Of a DNA stretch of 64,000 nt, positions 48,745 to 58,522 are shown piece after piece. Below the pieces are notes generated by a model that saw only the letters and a program-made list of their open reading frames with translations, was not told the origin of the DNA and made no database searches. Origin of the DNA: an uncultured Flavobacteriaceae bacterium (lineage in GTDB: Bacteria; Bacteroidota; Bacteroidia; AKYH767-A; OLB10); NCBI GenBank assembly GCA_964432885.1, contig CAYSPG010000010.1, positions 10,708-74,707 on the forward strand, in the 5' to 3' direction. A program made the position numbers and the translations under genes. Position 1 is the first letter of the stretch; every line of letters starts with the position of its first letter.

Positions 48745-50340
48745 ATGAGCAAAGTACTTAGCATTGGCAAATTGTTAGTTTTATTGTTTGCCACCTCGTT
48801 GTTGCCATTAGTCATTTTTTGTTTCATGTCATTTTCCTCAATGGCTCAAATTCCTGCCTTTTCTGTTACTGTACATGATTCTGCTGCATCAACCGGGTAT
48901 TACTTTCTTTCAACAGATCAAACCCTCTTAATTCTTGATAAATGGGGCAGTGTTGTGTATTATCGTAATGGGGTTACCGGTACCGGTTTTACATTGCAAC
49001 CCAATGGCATGATGTCTTATTGGAATGTCAACAAATTCCGATTAATGGATAGCACTTTTACAGATATTGATTCGGTAAGAGTTAAAAACAACATACCTGA
49101 TGTACACGATTTTCAGATTTTACCAAACGGACACTATGCCCTGTTCGGCAAAAAATATGTACAAATGGATTTAAGCTCATATTTTTTTGATGGCCAATAT
49201 GGAAGCCCCAATGCAACCGTAAGTTGCGGTGTCGTTCAAGAACAGGATGTAAATAAAAACGTTGTGTTCGAATGGCACACCGAAGATTATTTTTCCTTTG
49301 GTGATGTCGACTCCTTTTGGCTGCAGCAAGCCCCGGTTGTTGACTGGAATCATCCTAATACCATCGAAATGGACACCGATGGAAATTACATGGTATCACA
49401 CCGGCATTTTAACGAAATAACAAAAATTAACCGGATCGATAGTTCCGTAATATGGAGGTTTGGCGGGAGTAAAAATCAATTTTCATTTGTAAACTTCCCT
49501 GTACCTTTTTATGGCCAGCATGATATCAGGCGACTTCCTAACGGAAACGTTATGATTTTTGATAATGGTCAGTATAAAACATCACATGATGCCCGTTCTC
49601 TTGAATTTCAACTTGACGAGGTTAATAAAATTGCCACCCTTGTTTGGAGCTATACCTATGACTCAACCATGTACAGCCGATCTCAGGGAAATACACAGCG
49701 ACTCGACAACTTAAACACACTTATTAACTACGGTCCCTGCAATTTTGATACTGTTTGTTTTGTAGTGGTCGATAGCATCGGGTCAAAAATTTTCGAACTC
49801 AATGGCATTACATCCTATCGGGCATTTAACTTCCAATCTCTTCCTTGGCAGTTAAATCGCCCCCAAATCAATTGCTTCGACTCATTGGGAACTACATATC
49901 TTGATGCCGGTTTGGGTTACGCTTCTTATAATTGGAATAATGGAATGACGTCCCAGGTAATTCCTATCAGTGCAAATCCCGACACTTTTTATGTCTTTGT
50001 TCCTTACGGCCAAAATGGCTTTATTAGCTCCGAAAAATTTATTGTATCCGATACCACCAATTTATGCGGCCCCCTGTCAGCTTCCTTTATTGAAGAAATT
50101 GGCAGAATTAATATTTATCCTAACCCTGCTTGCCAAACTGCAACACTTAATTTTCAAGTTTCAAAAATTTCAGATATTAACATTTCAATTTACGATATTG
50201 CTGGAAAAAAAATCAGCGAAATTTCTGAAAGCGGAAAAAAAATTGGAAATCATTCAGTAATTGTAGATATTAGCAAACTCAATTCAGGGTTATACTTTCT
50301 AAAACTTAACAACACGGCTCTTAAATTCATAAAAAAATAA
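48745..50340 (+). CDS. arylsulfotransferase (ASST)-like beta-propeller protein with C-terminal T9SS sorting domain
   Basis: Start taken at the Met preceding the signal peptide (MSKVLSIGKLLVLLFATSLL...SSMAQ). ASST-family-like blocks are present (WHTEDYF, NHPNTIEMDTDGNYMVSHRHFNEITKINR). CTD: ...INIYPNPACQTATLNFQVSKISDINISIYDIAGKKI...SGLYFLKLNNTALKFIKK. Confidence 0.6.
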   Translation: MSKVLSIGKLLVLLFATSLLPLVIFCFMSFSSMAQIPAFSVTVHDSAASTGYYFLSTDQTLLILDKWGSVVYYRNGVTGTGFTLQPNGMMSYWNVNKFRLMDSTFTDIDSVRVKNNIPDVHDFQILPNGHYALFGKKYVQMDLSSYFFDGQYGSPNATVSCGVVQEQDVNKNVVFEWHTEDYFSFGDVDSFWLQQAPVVDWNHPNTIEMDTDGNYMVSHRHFNEITKINRIDSSVIWRFGGSKNQFSFVNFPVPFYGQHDIRRLPNGNVMIFDNGQYKTSHDARSLEFQLDEVNKIATLVWSYTYDSTMYSRSQGNTQRLDNLNTLINYGPCNFDTVCFVVVDSIGSKIFELNGITSYRAFNFQSLPWQLNRPQINCFDSLGTTYLDAGLGYASYNWNNGMTSQVIPISANPDTFYVFVPYGQNGFISSEKFIVSDTTNLCGPLSASFIEEIGRINIYPNPACQTATLNFQVSKISDINISIYDIAGKKISEISESGKKIGNHSVIVDISKLNSGLYFLKLNNTALKFIKK

Positions 50341-50392
50341 TTTCAGCAAACAATTAAATAAACATATATCTAACAATCAAACACCTTTCAAA

Positions 50393-53300
50393 ATGACAAA
50401 AACAAATCTAACAAAACGATTACTGTGCTGTCTTTTATTCGTTGCCACTTTTTGGACAACGGGTGCAAACGCACAATGCATTATTGGAGTAGGAACTGTC
50501 TCAACAGCCGGATCCGGTAGCGACCCCATTGATGGCTACTTTAATTACTTCCGTTATCAAACTGTTTACACTGCTGCTGAACTTACGGCCGGAGGTATGT
50601 CTGCCGGTTCAGTAATCAATTCACTTGGATTTTCAGTTACCGAAACCAATGGTCCTGGCTCAATAGCCAATTACAGTATCCGCTTAGGCCACACCGCAGC
50701 TGCCAATGCTGCTGCTAACATTACCGATCCGCTTACCACTGTAAAAAATCCTTTTAGCTACACACCTGTAGTTCAGGCTGCCGGATCATTTCACATGATT
50801 GCTTTTGATGCAAACTTTACATGGAATGGTACCAGCAATATAGTAGTTGATATTTGCGCTGGCTCTATACCATATCTTTCTCCTTATGGCGGAGTTAGGG
50901 TAACTTCAATGACAAGTGGTTCCAGACGTGTTCGTTGCGATGCTTGCGGAAGCCAGTGTGGTGTTGCCACTACTACGGCTAACACTAACCGCCCAAATAT
51001 TCGATTTGACTTTTCAGGCGCATCTCCTTGTGTTGGCACCCCTGCACCCGGAAACACTACTTCAACTTCAAATCCTGTTTGCTCGGCTGCTTCATTTACA
51101 CTTGGCTTGCAAAACTCAACTTCTGGTACAGGTGTTACTTACCAGTGGCAGGCTGATGCTGGTGGTGGTTATTCAAACGTTTCAGGAGCTACTAACTCAA
51201 CATATACGACTTCACAATTGGTAGCTACTACCTATCGTTGTTATGTTACTTGTTCTGCAGGCCCTTCTACTGGTGTTTCAAATCCTTTAACTGTAACCAT
51301 GGGCGGTAACTGCCAGTGTTTATCCTATTGTGCGTCCAACGCCACCAACTCTGCCGATACCAAAATTGACTCCATCAAAGTTGATGGAAGCGGATTTGGA
51401 ACTGCCGCAGGTACTTGCGAAACTTATACCTTAACAACTACTGCTGGTTTTAGCTGGGATCAAGGTAGTACTCACACCATGCGCATTCGCAATGGTTCAT
51501 GTAGTGGTAGCCATTACACCGCTTATTATTCAGTTTATATTGATTATAACCAAAACGGTTCCTTTGCCGATGCTGGAGAAACAGTTATGACAGGCGGCCC
51601 AACCACTGCACTTAACAGCATTCCTGATTTTAACTTCACAGTTCCTGCTGGTGCAACATTAGGAAGCACGCGTGCAAGAGTTGTTTTTACCGAAGGTATT
51701 GCCCCACCTCCTGCTTGCGGTACTTATACCTATGGCGAAACAGAAGATTTCTGTGTAACCATTACTGCTCCTCCTCCGTGCGCTGGTACACCAACTCCTG
51801 GTAACACCATCTCATCTGCGGCCAGTGTTTGTACTGGTGGTACTGTAAATCTTAGCTTGCAAAATGCTACCTCAGGTACGGGTGTAACCTATGCATGGCA
51901 AAGCTCACCTGATAATTCAACATGGACAAATACAGGAGGTACAGCCTCTACCCACACCTCAGCAGCTATAACTTCTGATACCTATTTCCGTTGCGAAGTT
52001 ACCTGCTCTTCTGGTCCTTCTATTGGATATTCAAACTCTGTTCAGGTTACAGTTGCTTCCACACCTGTTGGAGGTACTGCCAGTGGCCCCGCTACTGCAT
52101 TAACCTACCAAAACCTTGTTTATACCTTACTCGGTAGCACTGGTAGTTTACAGTGGCAAGTTGCTACAGCCATCGGTGGCCCTTATGCCGATATTAGTGG
52201 TGCTACCACTGCAACTTTAAATACCCTTGCTAATGCAGCAGGCACTTATTACATTCGCTGCAGGGCATATAACCCCGGTTGTACCGATGATTACAGCAAC
52301 ATCCTTACTCTCGTAGTAACAGTTGCAGGTGATAATGTATGCGATGCTCTTCCTTTATCAATTGGAAACAATGGCCCTTATACAAATATTGGTGCCACCG
52401 CTGAAGTGGGCGAGGTTACCCCTCCCGGAACAGGATGTAACACACAAACAGGATGGTGTAGTACAGGATTCCAGATTAATTCAGTTTGGTTTTCATTTAC
52501 TGCCCCCGCTTCTGGCCGCGTTTCGGTTCGCCTTAATCCTAACTTTACTTTGTGGGATAGCGAATTTGCAATTTACAGTTCGGCAAACTGCGCTGATTTT
52601 ACTGAATTTGCACTTGTTGCCGCCAATGATGACTCTTTAGGATCACCATTCCAATCTTATATTACCCCTGTGTGTTTAACTCCGGGTGCAACATATTATT
52701 TACTTGTTGACGGATACAGCACAACAACAAATGGAACTTTCGGAATTTTACTTCAGGATGCCGGTTATTTAAATGCTAACACCTCAACTGTTGGTGGAAC
52801 CATGAGCACCTGCTCTCCATTTGACGGTTCTGTTACATTAAATTTTACAGGCACTGGTCCTTGGACTTATGAGTTAACTGACGGAACAAATTATGCTAAT
52901 GGTTCTGCGGCTTCAAGCCCATATACAGCAACTGTACCTTGCGGTACTAATGGTGCCCATACCTGGACATATTCTTATGTTCTTGACGGTGCCTGTGCTC
53001 AAACATATTCTGGTACTGCTACTGTTAATACCAGCAGCGCACCTCCAACATTATCTGTTGTAGTGCCAATTGTTGGTTTACCTGTTGCAGCTTGCAATGG
53101 AACCGGTCCGGTTGCTATTTCTATTCCTGCTGTACCTAACGCTACCGAATATTTATGGGATGCTCCTGCAGGAAGCAATATTAATGGTGCGGGTACAAAT
53201 TATACTTCACCCACACCTTCTGCATCTCTTGTTTTTGGTCCCCCAAGCGGCTCAGGTTATTATATTGGCGTACAGGCTGGCAATGGTTGCGGAACCACTA

Positions 53301-54649
53301 CACGTAAAAGCACTTGGGTGCGTGGTACTGTAAGCGTTCCTGCTTCTGTTACCCCAACCCTTACTGGTCAAGTTATCTATTGCCCTAATACATTAGGCGC
53401 TACATTTACCACTCCGGCAGTAACTGGTGCTACTAGTTATTTATGGACAATTACCGGTGATGCAACAGTAAGCGGAACGGGTACTACTGCTACGGTTGAT
53501 TTTGGCCCAACTTGGACTGGCGGCACATTATGCGTTGCTGCTCAAACAAGTTGCTTTACCAGTGCTACCAAATGTCTTGCTCTTACCTATGCACCTGCTA
53601 CTATAGGTGCAATGTCAGGCACATTTACCACTTGCATTGGCCAATCAGTTCTTTACAGCGTGCCTGCGCAAGCCGGTATCGCTAGTTACAACTGGACATT
53701 ACCTGCCGGAGCATCTGGTTCCTCTTCTTCTAACTCAATCAGCGTAACATTTAATCCCGGATTTATTGGTGGTAACATCAGCGTTACTGCAACCAGTATT
53801 TGCGGTATTACTTCTGCGGCACGTACTACAACTATTTATCTTGGTGTTCCTACACAGCCTGCATCTATCAGCGGTCCATCTACTGGCGTATGTACTCAAA
53901 CAGTTATTTACACTTGCCCAAATCAGGCTGGGGTTACCTTTAACTGGACTGTACCTGCAGGTACTATTAACAGCGGTCAGGGTTCAAATGCTATCAGCGT
54001 AACTTTCGGAACATTTACTTCTGCAACCACTGTTAGCGTTACTGCATCCAACGCATGCGGCTCTAGCCCTGCTCGTACCAAAACTGTAAACGGATACCCA
54101 CTTCAACCTGGTGCCATCACATCCATCCCTGCTTCTTGGTGTGCAAATGCCACAGGTGTTGAGTTTAATGTGGATGTTACCAACATGAGTGGTTCGTATA
54201 CACTTAGCTGGTTGTATCCTGGTGCCTCTGTTGCTACCTATGTTTTAGGTGGTGGTAACACAACACAGTTAATTCTTGATTGGATTACTGGTAGCGGACC
54301 GGTTAACGTTACAGCAAGCAACGCTTGTGGTAATGCAACCCGCACAAGCACTCAGGCTAACTCTTGCCGCGAGGGCGAAGGAGTTGTTGAGCAGATTTCT
54401 AATGCTATCAACGTATACCCAAATCCAACTACAGGCAATGTTAACATTGAGTTTAGTGCTATCACTAAAGGAAATGCAAGCGTTACCATTCAGGATTTAG
54501 CCGGACGTACAGTTGCTTCTCAAAACATATCAGTAGTTGAAGGAATGAACAAAACACAACTTGACCTTAGCAAAGTTTCTAAAGGCATTTACATGATGAA
54601 TGTAAATTCAGATGAAGGAACAAGCAACGTAAAAATTGTGGTTGAATAA
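50393..54649 (+). CDS. giant T9SS cargo protein with GEVED-type domain, multiple Ig-like repeats and C-terminal sorting domain
   Basis: 1418 aa. Signal peptide MTKTNLTKRLLCCLLFVATFWTTGANAQ. A GEVED-like block ...ACGTYTYGETEDFCVTIT is present. CTD: ...VYPNPTTGNVNIEFSAITKGNASVTIQDLAGRTVASQ...KGIYMMNVNSDEGTSNVKIVVE. The C-terminal about 500 aa are paralogous to the 37244-42223 protein. Confidence 0.8.
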   Translation: MTKTNLTKRLLCCLLFVATFWTTGANAQCIIGVGTVSTAGSGSDPIDGYFNYFRYQTVYTAAELTAGGMSAGSVINSLGFSVTETNGPGSIANYSIRLGHTAAANAAANITDPLTTVKNPFSYTPVVQAAGSFHMIAFDANFTWNGTSNIVVDICAGSIPYLSPYGGVRVTSMTSGSRRVRCDACGSQCGVATTTANTNRPNIRFDFSGASPCVGTPAPGNTTSTSNPVCSAASFTLGLQNSTSGTGVTYQWQADAGGGYSNVSGATNSTYTTSQLVATTYRCYVTCSAGPSTGVSNPLTVTMGGNCQCLSYCASNATNSADTKIDSIKVDGSGFGTAAGTCETYTLTTTAGFSWDQGSTHTMRIRNGSCSGSHYTAYYSVYIDYNQNGSFADAGETVMTGGPTTALNSIPDFNFTVPAGATLGSTRARVVFTEGIAPPPACGTYTYGETEDFCVTITAPPPCAGTPTPGNTISSAASVCTGGTVNLSLQNATSGTGVTYAWQSSPDNSTWTNTGGTASTHTSAAITSDTYFRCEVTCSSGPSIGYSNSVQVTVASTPVGGTASGPATALTYQNLVYTLLGSTGSLQWQVATAIGGPYADISGATTATLNTLANAAGTYYIRCRAYNPGCTDDYSNILTLVVTVAGDNVCDALPLSIGNNGPYTNIGATAEVGEVTPPGTGCNTQTGWCSTGFQINSVWFSFTAPASGRVSVRLNPNFTLWDSEFAIYSSANCADFTEFALVAANDDSLGSPFQSYITPVCLTPGATYYLLVDGYSTTTNGTFGILLQDAGYLNANTSTVGGTMSTCSPFDGSVTLNFTGTGPWTYELTDGTNYANGSAASSPYTATVPCGTNGAHTWTYSYVLDGACAQTYSGTATVNTSSAPPTLSVVVPIVGLPVAACNGTGPVAISIPAVPNATEYLWDAPAGSNINGAGTNYTSPTPSASLVFGPPSGSGYYIGVQAGNGCGTTTRKSTWVRGTVSVPASVTPTLTGQVIYCPNTLGATFTTPAVTGATSYLWTITGDATVSGTGTTATVDFGPTWTGGTLCVAAQTSCFTSATKCLALTYAPATIGAMSGTFTTCIGQSVLYSVPAQAGIASYNWTLPAGASGSSSSNSISVTFNPGFIGGNISVTATSICGITSAARTTTIYLGVPTQPASISGPSTGVCTQTVIYTCPNQAGVTFNWTVPAGTINSGQGSNAISVTFGTFTSATTVSVTASNACGSSPARTKTVNGYPLQPGAITSIPASWCANATGVEFNVDVTNMSGSYTLSWLYPGASVATYVLGGGNTTQLILDWITGSGPVNVTASNACGNATRTSTQANSCREGEGVVEQISNAINVYPNPTTGNVNIEFSAITKGNASVTIQDLAGRTVASQNISVVEGMNKTQLDLSKVSKGIYMMNVNSDEGTSNVKIVVE

Positions 54650-54674
54650 TTCACTAACTGAATAATTTTCAAAA

Positions 54675-54710
54675 GCCCTCTCCGTTATTTCGGAGAGGGC
54701 TTTTGTTTTT
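54675..54710 (+). terminator. rho-independent terminator
   Basis: GCCCTCTCCG-ttattt-CGGAGAGGGC followed by TTTTGTTTTT. Confidence 0.75.
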
Positions 54711-54779
54711 AACTAAGTTTCCTTTATTTATTCCTCATACATTTAAGGTACTATTGCATTAATAATTTATTTATTTCTT

Positions 54780-55475
54780 ATGAAATTAAATCAAGCTATC
54801 ACAATCCTGTTTATTTTTATTTTCAATAGTACATACCCTCAGCAAAAAAATGTTCCATTAGATTCAATGGATATTGAAGAATCGGTAATGGTAACCATTG
54901 AAGAAAATTTTGGACCGGGAGTAAATACAATTGAAGCCGCCCTTAACTTAGTGGAGAGAAAATACCAACCCTATGATAACGTGGGCCGAACATTTGCAAT
55001 ACTTGATGCCTTTGGCGAAAAAATGCCGGATGGCAAAATACACTTGAGTATGCACATCAGTTCTGAAAAAGCAGGTTTCGGTCAACTTATTCTTAAAACA
55101 AACAAAAAGAAAGTTTGGAACTGCAAAATTTTACGTAAGAAAACTGATGGTAGAAAAGAAGCAAAACCAAAAGCGCTAACTATTTATGTTGAGCAAACTG
55201 GTGCCGACAAAGGGAAGTATTTAACTGCAGACGGCTCAACAAATCCGGCCGACATTTTTGTTTGTAAAATAAAAGAGAACGGAAAAGTTATTGGTGATTA
55301 TTGGAAAGATGGTTCGGTACTTGAATTTATTTTTATTTATAGTGCCTGCGGCTGCCCGGTACATGCAAAGTTTATGCGACACGGAAACCGTTCTGTGATT
55401 CAAAATAACAATAGCGTAATTTTTCCTGACGACCCTGGAATTATCCCTATTCTTCGAAATTTGATGAAGTATTAG
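54780..55475 (+). CDS. hypothetical secreted protein
   Basis: 231 aa with an N-terminal signal peptide (MKLNQAITILFIFIFNSTYPQQ). No recognisable domain. Confidence 0.5.
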   Translation: MKLNQAITILFIFIFNSTYPQQKNVPLDSMDIEESVMVTIEENFGPGVNTIEAALNLVERKYQPYDNVGRTFAILDAFGEKMPDGKIHLSMHISSEKAGFGQLILKTNKKKVWNCKILRKKTDGRKEAKPKALTIYVEQTGADKGKYLTADGSTNPADIFVCKIKENGKVIGDYWKDGSVLEFIFIYSACGCPVHAKFMRHGNRSVIQNNNSVIFPDDPGIIPILRNLMKY

Positions 55476-55555
55476 GTTCTGCAATTGCAATTCATGGTTC
55501 GTATTTGTGTTGAAATACAGAGCAAAAACGCTCCTTTTTTACACACTTATTTTTT

Positions 55556-55563
55556 TAGTTTTG
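55556..55563 (+). promoter_or_regulatory. -7 promoter element (TAnnTTTG) for the aminotransferase gene
   Basis: TAGTTTTG lies 25 bp upstream of the ATG. Confidence 0.3.
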
Positions 55564-55587
55564 CCACCCTTATTATAAACTTCAGGA

Positions 55588-56781
55588 ATGAGCCGATTAG
55601 CCGAACGCATTGAACGCTTACACGAATCGCAAACCATTGCCATGGCGCGCTTAAGCCGCGAATTGCAAGAGAAAGGACATAACATTATAAGTTTAAGTTT
55701 GGGCGAGCCTGATTTTGTAACTCCCGATTACATTCGCGAGGGAGCTAAAAAAGCTATTGATGATGGCTTTACCCACTACACTCCCATTTCAGGTTATGCC
55801 GATTTACGAAAAAGTATTTCCGAAAAATTTAAACGAGAAAACAATCTTGATTATCCTCCCGACCAAATTGTAGTTTCAACCGGAGCAAAGCAATCTATTG
55901 CCAATGTGGTTTTATGCTTAATAAATCCAGGTGACGAAGTGCTTGTGCCAACTCCTTATTGGGTTAGCTATTCGCAAATTATTCAGCTTGCTGGTGGTGT
56001 GCCTGTTTTTTTACCGGCAACAATTGACACCGATTTTAAAGTTACACCACAGCAGGTGCAAAAGGCAATTACTCCAAAAACCAAGATGTTTATTTTTTCT
56101 TCCCCTTGTAATCCCACAGGCACTGTGTATTCAAAGGATGAGTTAAAAGGATTGGCTGATGTTTTTGCGCATAATAAAAATGTTTTTGTTTTGTCAGACG
56201 AAATTTACGAGCACATCAACTTTGTTGGTCATCACGAAAGTATTGCTCAGTTTGATTCTTTAAAAGATCGTGTAATTATTGTAAACGGTGTTTCAAAAGG
56301 GTATGCCATGACGGGATGGAGAATTGGATACATAGGTGCGCCTAAAGACATTGCACAAGCCTGTGATAAGATGCAGGGACAGTTTACTTCAGGCACAGGT
56401 TCCATTTCACAAAAAGCTGCTGGCATTGCCATTAGCATTTCTACTGACGACAGAAAAAAAATGACTGACACTTTTCTGCGCAGGCGAAATTTGGTTTATG
56501 ATTTAATGAAAGACATTCCGGGATGGAAAATTAATTTGCCTCAGGGTGCATTTTATTTTTTTCCGGATGTGAGTTATTATTTTGGAAAGTCAAACGGTAC
56601 CGATGTGATAAACAATCCAACAGACCTTTGTATGTATCTTTTAAAAGATGCAAAAGTGGCTTTGGTAACAGGTGAGGCGTTTGGCGATGACCAGTGCGTG
56701 CGATTTTCTTATGCCACATCTGATGATTTGCTTACAGAAGCAATAAAAAGAATAAAACTGAGTTTGGCTAAGCTGAAGTAA
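55588..56781 (+). CDS. pyridoxal-phosphate-dependent aminotransferase class I (aspartate aminotransferase-like)
   Basis: 397 aa. Contains LSLGEPDF, a PLP lysine motif region (SKGYAMTGWRIGY) and the YS.P.NPTG block. Confidence 0.8.
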   Translation: MSRLAERIERLHESQTIAMARLSRELQEKGHNIISLSLGEPDFVTPDYIREGAKKAIDDGFTHYTPISGYADLRKSISEKFKRENNLDYPPDQIVVSTGAKQSIANVVLCLINPGDEVLVPTPYWVSYSQIIQLAGGVPVFLPATIDTDFKVTPQQVQKAITPKTKMFIFSSPCNPTGTVYSKDELKGLADVFAHNKNVFVLSDEIYEHINFVGHHESIAQFDSLKDRVIIVNGVSKGYAMTGWRIGYIGAPKDIAQACDKMQGQFTSGTGSISQKAAGIAISISTDDRKKMTDTFLRRRNLVYDLMKDIPGWKINLPQGAFYFFPDVSYYFGKSNGTDVINNPTDLCMYLLKDAKVALVTGEAFGDDQCVRFSYATSDDLLTEAIKRIKLSLAKLK

Positions 56782-56800
56782 TTTTAAAATATTAATTAAA

Positions 56801-57793
56801 GTGAATTACAAAGACGTTGAAAGCTTTTTAAATGCAATCAAAGGCAAAAAAGTTTTGATTGTAGGCGATGTGATGATTGACTCATATCTGTGGGGTTATG
56901 TTGAACGTATTTCGCCCGAAGCGCCTGTACCTGTGGTGGCCGTTGAAAAAAAGGAAATAAGATTAGGTGGTGCCGCCAATGTTGCAATGAACATACATGC
57001 ACTTGATGCCATTCCTGTTTTGTGTTCTGTTATTGGAAATGACAATGCAGGAAATGATTTTACTAAACTGATTGCAGAACTTAACCTGCCTGTTGATGGT
57101 ATTGTAAAAAGCAATACTCGAAAAACTACTGTTAAGACCAGGGTAATAGGAAATAAGCATCAGTTGCTTCGCGTGGATGACGAGGAGCATACTCTGCTAA
57201 GTAAAAACGATTCTTCTAATCTGGTAAAAATTATCGTTTCATTGATAGAAAAAGAAAACCCTATTGCTTTAATATTTGAAGATTACGACAAAGGAGTGTT
57301 AACCGAAGAAAACATTGCACAAATTATTGATGCTGCCAACAAAAGGAATATCCCGGTTACGGTTGATCCTAAAAAAAATAATTTTTTTCATTATAAAAAT
57401 GTTTCACTTTTTAAACCCAATTTAAAAGAATTAAGAGAAGGTTTAAAGGATGACGTAAAAACGGTTGGTGTGGATGAATTGCAACGTTTAACAACAGCCT
57501 TTCGTTCGCAGCAAAATATACAAACGTTGCTTATCACACTTTCTGACAAAGGAATTTATGTTGATGATAAAACAAAAGCTGAAATTCTTCCGGCACATGT
57601 GCGCAACATTTCTGATGTAAGCGGGGCAGGTGATACTGTAATTAGTGTAGCATCGCTTGCGCTTGCTGCAGGTTGCAAATCGCATGATGTAGCCTGGGTT
57701 TCAAATTTAGCTGGTGGTTTGGTTTGCGAAAAAGTGGGCGTGGTGCCAATAGACAAAACCCAATTGCTGGCCGAAGTAAAACGCCTGTCATGA
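56801..57793 (+). CDS. D-glycero-beta-D-manno-heptose-7-phosphate kinase (RfaE/HldE domain I, PfkB family)
   Basis: 330 aa. KVLIVGDVMIDSYLWG, the ribokinase-like fold and a C-terminal GAGDT motif (SGAGDTVIS) are present. It starts with GTG at 56801, and there is no in-frame ATG upstream. Confidence 0.7.
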   Translation: MNYKDVESFLNAIKGKKVLIVGDVMIDSYLWGYVERISPEAPVPVVAVEKKEIRLGGAANVAMNIHALDAIPVLCSVIGNDNAGNDFTKLIAELNLPVDGIVKSNTRKTTVKTRVIGNKHQLLRVDDEEHTLLSKNDSSNLVKIIVSLIEKENPIALIFEDYDKGVLTEENIAQIIDAANKRNIPVTVDPKKNNFFHYKNVSLFKPNLKELREGLKDDVKTVGVDELQRLTTAFRSQQNIQTLLITLSDKGIYVDDKTKAEILPAHVRNISDVSGAGDTVISVASLALAAGCKSHDVAWVSNLAGGLVCEKVGVVPIDKTQLLAEVKRLS

Positions 57794-58512
57794 TTCAGGT
57801 AACGCCATACAACACGCAGGACGAAAAAAAAGAACAGGTGCGTACCATGTTTAATAATGTGGCGCATAAGTATGATATTTTAAATCGGCTGCTTTCCTTT
57901 GGCATTGACAAAACATGGAGAAAAAAAACCATTGCCGAGTTATGTAAAACAAATCCAAAACTTGTTTTGGATGTGGCAACCGGCACTGGAGATTTAGCCA
58001 TTGAAGCATCAAAAAAAAATACAACAAAAATTATTGGAGTTGACATTTCAGAAAACATGCTTGAAATAGGAAGGAAAAAAATTGCTGCACAAAAATTGAA
58101 TTCGGTTATTGAATTACAACAAGCCGATTCGGAAAATCTTCCATTTGATAAAAATTATTTTGATGCTGTAATGGTTTCGTTTGGTGTGCGTAATTTTCAG
58201 AATTTGTCAAGTGGATTACATGAAATGTTCCGTGTTTTAAAACCCGGTGGAAAAGTTCTGGTTTTGGAATTTTCTAAGCCAACCGTTTTTCCTGTTAAAC
58301 AGGCTTACACATTTTACTCAAAATATATCTTGCCCGTAATTGGAAAAAAAATTTCGGGCGATAGTGCTGCGTATGAATATTTACCCGAATCGGTAAAATA
58401 TTTTCCTTCGGGAAAAGATTTTGGCGCTATTTTATCCCAATGCGGATTCAATAAAATTTCAATTCGGCCGTTTACCTTTGGCATTGTAACATTATACGTT
58501 GCCTTTAAGTAA
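57790..58512 (+). CDS. ubiE: demethylmenaquinone/ubiquinone C-methyltransferase
   Basis: MIQVTPYNTQDEKKEQVRTMFNNVAHKYDILN... with the SAM motif VLDVATGTGD. A 4-nt ATGA overlap joins it to the upstream kinase gene. The ORF-track start at 57724 is a TTG. Confidence 0.85.
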   Translation: MIQVTPYNTQDEKKEQVRTMFNNVAHKYDILNRLLSFGIDKTWRKKTIAELCKTNPKLVLDVATGTGDLAIEASKKNTTKIIGVDISENMLEIGRKKIAAQKLNSVIELQQADSENLPFDKNYFDAVMVSFGVRNFQNLSSGLHEMFRVLKPGGKVLVLEFSKPTVFPVKQAYTFYSKYILPVIGKKISGDSAAYEYLPESVKYFPSGKDFGAILSQCGFNKISIRPFTFGIVTLYVAFK

Positions 58513-58522
58513 AATAAATTGC

